A stretch of DNA of 64,000 bases. It comes from Chrysomallon squamiferum. Lineage: Eukaryota; Animalia; Mollusca. The stretch covers positions 3,472,001-3,536,000 of the forward strand of contig CM022679.1 in assembly GCA_012295275.1 (NCBI GenBank), read 5' to 3'. The notes under the pieces are model-generated. The model worked only from the letters and a program-made list of their open reading frames with translations, had not been told where the DNA came from and ran no database searches. Position numbers and translations under genes: made by a program. Shown here in pieces: positions 58,576 through 64,000 of the stretch (the first letter of the stretch is position 1; every line of letters begins with the position of its first letter).

Positions 58576-58927
58576 CTAGTTATCACCATCTAGGAAATGT
58601 AGACGCTACTGCAGAAGCACTATTGCAGAAATTAGTAAATTCAAACTGTAACACTAATTTAGTTTTGTGATGATGATATAATACTTTTATTTTATTTTAT
58701 TTTTGTTGAAGACGGAATCCATCACGGGAGAAATATAACTTTCAAGACATGGGTGAAGAAAATACATTTAATGAAATGACAACTTTTGTCTATTTACTAT
58801 GATTCGTTTAGGAAACATTCATATTAGCGATTGACTTTGAACAAAATATTACAAATGTTAGAAGCTGTCTGAGAAAAGAACTAGTGCCTGTATACAAAAC
58901 AATATCCATTTAGTAACGGAAAATAAT

Positions 58928-59176
58928 CTTACCTTACCAAAAATACCTTTCGACCTGTCAGTAATTACGTAGTATTTTATAGCAGGTATGTTTAGGACGA
59001 GGCGTGTTCTTCTTGATCATTTAAACGTCCAGTAGAACGCGCACAACAGTCTACGAGCTTGTGATTGACTGCATAGATAATAAATGTTGTAAAATAATTA
59101 GTCTGTTCAGTTCTGCTTAAAGGGATAGCCATGGATTCATTTCATAGACATAAAACCTGTCAGATCCAGCTGGATT
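58928..59176 (-). promoter_or_regulatory. Promoter and very short non-coding exon 1 of copy D
   Basis: Tandem donors GTAAG GTAAG at 58928-58937 and TATAAAA at 58975-58981. TTTAAACGTCCA and ATAAAACCTGTCAGATCCAGCTGGA blocks are shared with A-C. Confidence 0.7.
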
Positions 59177-59260
59177 TCTACCATTAACATACATATTTCA
59201 GTTAATAACTTTTTCTTCTTTTATTTTTTTTTCTGATTTAGACTGGCGCGCGCACACACA

Positions 59261-59291
<31 letters not shown>

Positions 59292-60670
59292 CATTTATGC
59301 AAGCTTGCACGTGTAATATAGACATACGTATCAAAATGCACGAGGACATTCATACATATTTACCTGATGTTAATACCCATACCATAGATAAATACCCTAC
59401 AGAATGATATCAGTGATATTTAAATGCATTTGGGGGTTACTTTTTGGTGTACATTTGTTTTAACTGTCCGTTTAATTATGAACTGTCAACAATTGTTAAA
59501 TATGATATTAGCTGCGGATTATATTATTTATGATATTAATATCATTATTTCAAATATTATTAATGAACTGGACTTTTTTATGTGTTTTTTTTTTATTTCA
59601 TGTAAATGCAGGTTATATTGCAGGTAGTGTAACATTGAAATAAATATTCAGTCTCATGTATATGTGAAGCCTTCTGGCAAAAGGAGACATTTGGGACCCA
59701 AAACACTTCGTACAGGAGAACACAAATACGTTTTCAAAAATTTAAACTCTATGCAAATGGGATGAAAACTAACGAAGTTACGAAAGTTTTAGTATTCACG
59801 CTTACAAATGGAAAGAATGTGAAAAATGGAAGCTGAAATCAGAAGCAGTCCATTCATCTTTAAAAATCTTTTTTTATGCATCTTGAGAAAATATGTCTGA
59901 GTAGAGTTTCGGTAAGAATGAATCAGAATTTATCAGTTTCATCAACGTCGTTATGTTTTCGTTATTTTAAAGAGCGGCGAATTTTCTATTTTTCCTGCAC
60001 TGAATTAAATATTTACATCTTTTTTTGTTTATCAGTTTACATTATAATTTAGCACCATTTGAACCTTAGAACCATTTTTAAAATATTTAGAGTCATATTA
60101 TTACATTTTATGGTAGCCAAATCGACACAGCAGGCCATTTAAAAACAGCCAAGAAAAAAACAACAACAAACAAACCCAAAAACAAATGAGACGATTAAAC
60201 ACTTTAAATAGCACAGCATAACTGTTGTTACACATATCATAATTTTTCTCTCTTTAAGAATATAAATAATTAGTGGTACGAATTAAATATGTGTACTTGT
60301 TACTAAAACGTTCTACAAGCATTTGATATTTAATCATAATCCTCTGTAATACCTAATGTCAGCTAATCCTTAGAGCCAACTTCAGAAAGCTGTTGCAGAT
60401 TTTAATTAAGGGCAATATGATGAAACTGAACGCAGTCGTTCTGCTCAGATTATGTTTATGATCCTAAAATCGAGTTTAATTACATGCAAATCATTCTAGT
60501 ATCCCAAGCTTTATGAAGGGGTGTTGTCTTCAGAAAAAAATGCTCCAAGAAACTGTTTTTTCTATGATTTATTAATTTTGTATTCTTTGGGTGGAAGATA
60601 AATACTTGTTTAAATGTTTTATTCACAAATCAATAAAAACTGACCTAACATATTGAAAGACTATCATCTC

Positions 60671-61701
60671 ATTGCTAGCCCGAGCGACACGAATTTAGGC
60701 AATTGCTCACCGAACGATAGCTCGCCCGAAAATTTCCACTGGGCATTTACTCATAAATATTCTGTCACATATAGTTCTTATTAATAAACATAACATTTTG
60801 AATATAAACATATTCTTACTATTAAACAATATATTATATAAAAATATATTTGGAGAATCAATCACATGTATTAAATAATAGAATTGTGAGGAAATCTTGT
60901 TTTGATTTTTGCAAATTAAGTCACTCCAAAATGTTTTCATTCTTACTTTTAGAAATACAAAGGGGATATCGTCCTATTTCTTATGGAGTCCTTCTGTTGG
61001 TTGTACCTTTGTAGGACCCATATTTCACAACATACAATGGAAATGGTATTTAGTTTGTCAAATAAATCAAGTATACAGTCGATGGAGAAACTATTCTATC
61101 GACTTTTAGCTATTAAGATACACATAGCTTATTTCACTGCTTTGTATACAGTTGTTTTACGTTGTAACTGAATAGACCATTTTTTTTGTAAACTGTATGC
61201 CCAAATATTTATAGTTATCTACTGTATCAATAATCTCTCCATCGAAATTAAAAAATATAATCACAAAGTTTTCTCCCTTTACTGAAAATGATTATTTTAC
61301 TTTTATTTGTGTTAACTTTAAGTCTCCATAATTGGGGTGGAAGGTAAGATTATGTTATAATGCATCCGGTGATTCTGCTAACAGATATGGGTGTTAGTTA
61401 CTAATTATTTTATAATTTTGTGATAACTGCTCAAACATTATTGTTTGTTTAGGTAGATCAAACTTTTAGAGTTATGTGTTGGTTTTAGTAATTAATTACT
61501 TCTTAGCCTTTCACCACCACTCTGTAACACTCAACACTTTGACCATCAAATCTTTAAAAAAACATAAGAAAATATATCTGATTTAGAATTAATTTTGTCA
61601 TCTTATCTTATCTTATTTATTTATTTATTTATTTATTCATTTATTTATTTATTTATTCCTACTCTCGCACAGCCATTTATACAAAAAAGAAAATTTAGTG
61701 A

Positions 61702-61737
<36 letters not shown>

Positions 61738-61906
61738 GCAAATGTGGTGAGCACTTGTCTTCCTTCTCAGTTAATTGGTGAGCAATTATCCAGCTAGCAT
61801 CTGTCCGGTGAGATAGAGCAGTTGTCCAGTTAACATCTGTCCGGTGAGGTAGAGCAATTGTCCAGTTAGAATCTGTCCGGTGAGATAGAGCAATTGTCCG
61901 TACTCC
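60671..61906. mobile_element. Putative non-autonomous MULE-like element
   Basis: Degenerate left end with GGCAATTGCTCACCGAAC (~60698). The right end (61733-61906) has inverted GGTGAGCAATT motifs, 36-bp repeats and terminal TGTCCGTACTCC. The left boundary is uncertain and no TSD was identified. Confidence 0.4.
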
Positions 61907-62164
61907 GTTCGGCGGACATGTTATTAGTGCGATTTCTGTTATAACACAGAATAATGTGTGGTTTTTGTGGGTTCTTTTTAAAAAAAAAAAATTATATATA
62001 TCTAAAACAAAAAACAAAAACAAAAAATAATTGTTAATATTTATTTCTGACTGACAGTTATGTTTTATTAATTTTTTCATCTAAATTAATTATGTTAGTA
62101 TAAATTAGATAAGCATTATCAGTAAAACTACGTGAAATGAAATGTCACAATAAAAGGTCATCAA

Positions 62165-62387
62165 ACTGAATTCAAAGTAACAAGTAATAGTAATTTATAA
62201 TAGAATTCAAACTAACAAGTAATAGCAGATCATAATAGAATTCAAAGTAACACGTCATAGTGAATCATAATAGAATTCAAATTAACACGTGATAGCGAAT
62301 CATAATAGAATTCAAATTAACATATGATAGCGAATCATAATAGAATTCAAATTAACACGTGATGGCTAATCATAATAGAATTCAAAG
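62165..62387. repeat. 35-bp minisatellite (~6 units); diverged copies at ~16140-16290 and ~26130-26257
   Basis: Unit ~AATCATAATAGAATTCAAATTAACACGTGATAGCG; TAGAATTCAA recurs every 35 bp from 62201. Confidence 0.9.
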
Positions 62388-62621
62388 GAGATTCTCAACT
62401 TCATTAGGTTAGAAGATAATTTTTTCTTTTCCAAAAACTAAAGATGCACTCTGCTAGGTGAATATATAAAAACTAATGAATCTACGTATTGGCTAGAAAA
62501 TATTAGCTGGCTAAATAATCTTAGTCTGTTTCATTTGCTCTAGCAAACATCACTTCAAAATAATTTAGTTTAATGGATAACAATACAGACTGATAGAAAA
62601 CATAAATATATATGGACTCAT

Positions 62622-62692
<71 letters not shown>

Positions 62693-63087
62693 ACATACAT
62701 ACAAAATTCTGTTCTAACCATGTAGATATAAAATTAATCTAGCAATTGTCCATCAAGTAATTAATACATATGAAGACCTTAGTGCAAGAACCTGGCATTC
62801 CATAGTTTAGATATTTTGATGTGGTATTATTTACCGTTATACGTGATAAAGCACTTCGGGTTTATTAAAGGAAACACTTCGTTGTGACAATAATATTAAA
62901 GAACTAGAAAGTATATAAAAATCATTTCTCGATAATATCAGTTTGGTTGAGAGCAAGAACCCGACAAGCAGGATTTCAGTTGCAAAAGAACTTATTTAGC
63001 TGCTAAAAAAAACTCGATACTACTGAAATTTTTGGAAAAATACACAAAAGATGAAGAAACTGAAAACAAATACAAAACATTGTTAAT

Positions 63088-63658
63088 TTATTTAATGGTT
63101 AATTTATTACAACCGGAAACATTCCAGGCATAGTCACATTTCGCGGTCAAGGGATTGAAGACTACACTGGAACCTCGACAACGTTGAATAAACGTGATAT
63201 GGTGCTGGCATACGATGTACTTTGAGCAGTCGCCTGGATAAGGATAATATCCTCCTGCTCTGCTCCAACAGAGAATATCCTTACCTTCAATACAGAAATT
63301 ACACAAAGGAATTCAAAGACGATAACAGAATACATTTTAATACGTGTTAATAAATAAATGAATAAGAAATTACTTTTGATACAGTATATCACAGATACGA
63401 CATTTGCAGTTTTAAAATAAGAAAATGGAACGTTATCTTCATACATGATACACTGTGTTGGATGATTACGTTTGACAGACGAATGCTACTCACACTCCAC
63501 GTATTCACGCCAAGTACAGATTTTTCTCGTTGGATGGAAAGCTCGACCCATACCACAACTCTTTACAAAGCCTTCTCCATTCTGACAAAGTATATACTTC
63601 GAGCAGTCATCAGGATAGGGATATTTTACTAGCTTGTTCGAGGTGCATATATCTTTAC
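63088..63658 (-). CDS. Last two exons (two tandem CBM14/peritrophin-A domains) of a chitin-binding gene whose 5' part lies beyond the window ('gene E')
   Basis: Exon 63658-63494: xKDICTSNKLVKYPYPDDCSKYILCQNGEGFVKSCGMGRAFHPTRKICTWREYVE, phase 1-1, donor GTGAGT. Exon 63284-63088: CKDILCWSRAGGYYPYPGDCSKYIVCQHHITFIQRCRGSSVVFNPLTAKCDYAWNVSGCNKLTIK*. Both show the CBM14 Cys/aromatic pattern. Confidence 0.88.
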
Positions 63659-64000
63659 CTGTAGTGAAACGAAAACTGCGTGTACATATGTATAGATATA
63701 TAAGTGTGTGTTAGTATGTATCTTTGCATGTATGAATGTATGTATGTATGTATGCACGTGTATGTGTGTGTGTACATAAGTGCAGTATATGTGTGTTTAG
63801 GTATTATGTTTGAATGTATTTTTTAATGTATTCATCCACGTATGTGTGCATGGTGCATGCCTGTTTAATGTGCACATTCAAATAATACTCATAATTTTGG
63901 TTTTGACTAAGTTAGTTAATGCAAATGTTAGCCGAGAAATAATGATTTAAAAAGTAAATTAGAATAATTGAGAAACGTGTAAAAAATGAGAACGTTTCAG

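Overview
Very AT-rich, microsatellite-laden, intron-containing animal DNA, most likely a mollusc (inferred from composition and the protamine-like H1 gene; the taxon cannot be fixed from the window). (1) An intronless linker-histone-H1-related, protamine-like (PL-type) sperm nuclear basic protein gene lies at 6139-6801 (-). (2) A minus-strand tandem array of secreted GH18 chitinase-family genes (signal peptide + GH18 + linker + one CBM14) spans about 12.8-59.2 kb with an ~11 kb period. I reconstructed four complete 11-coding-exon copies by hand, all with intact frames: A 17876-23944, B 29250-35250, C 41267-47825, D 51852-58396. A fifth, hollowed-out copy at ~13.0-13.6 kb keeps only the promoter, non-coding exon 1 and half of the last exon. 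Only copy B keeps the catalytic DxDxE glutamate. A has E>Q, while C and D have progressively lost catalytic and sugar-stacking residues but kept ten GH18 cysteines, a GC-AG intron and the CBM14. (3) Two tandem CBM14 exons at 63088-63658 (-) form the 3' end of a further chitin-binding gene that starts beyond the window. The spacers carry MULE-like and pogo-like transposon relics, minisatellites, local duplications, a possible decayed GPCR-like sequence and a perfect hairpin. Most ORFs in the supplied track are microsatellite artefacts or exons read through into introns.
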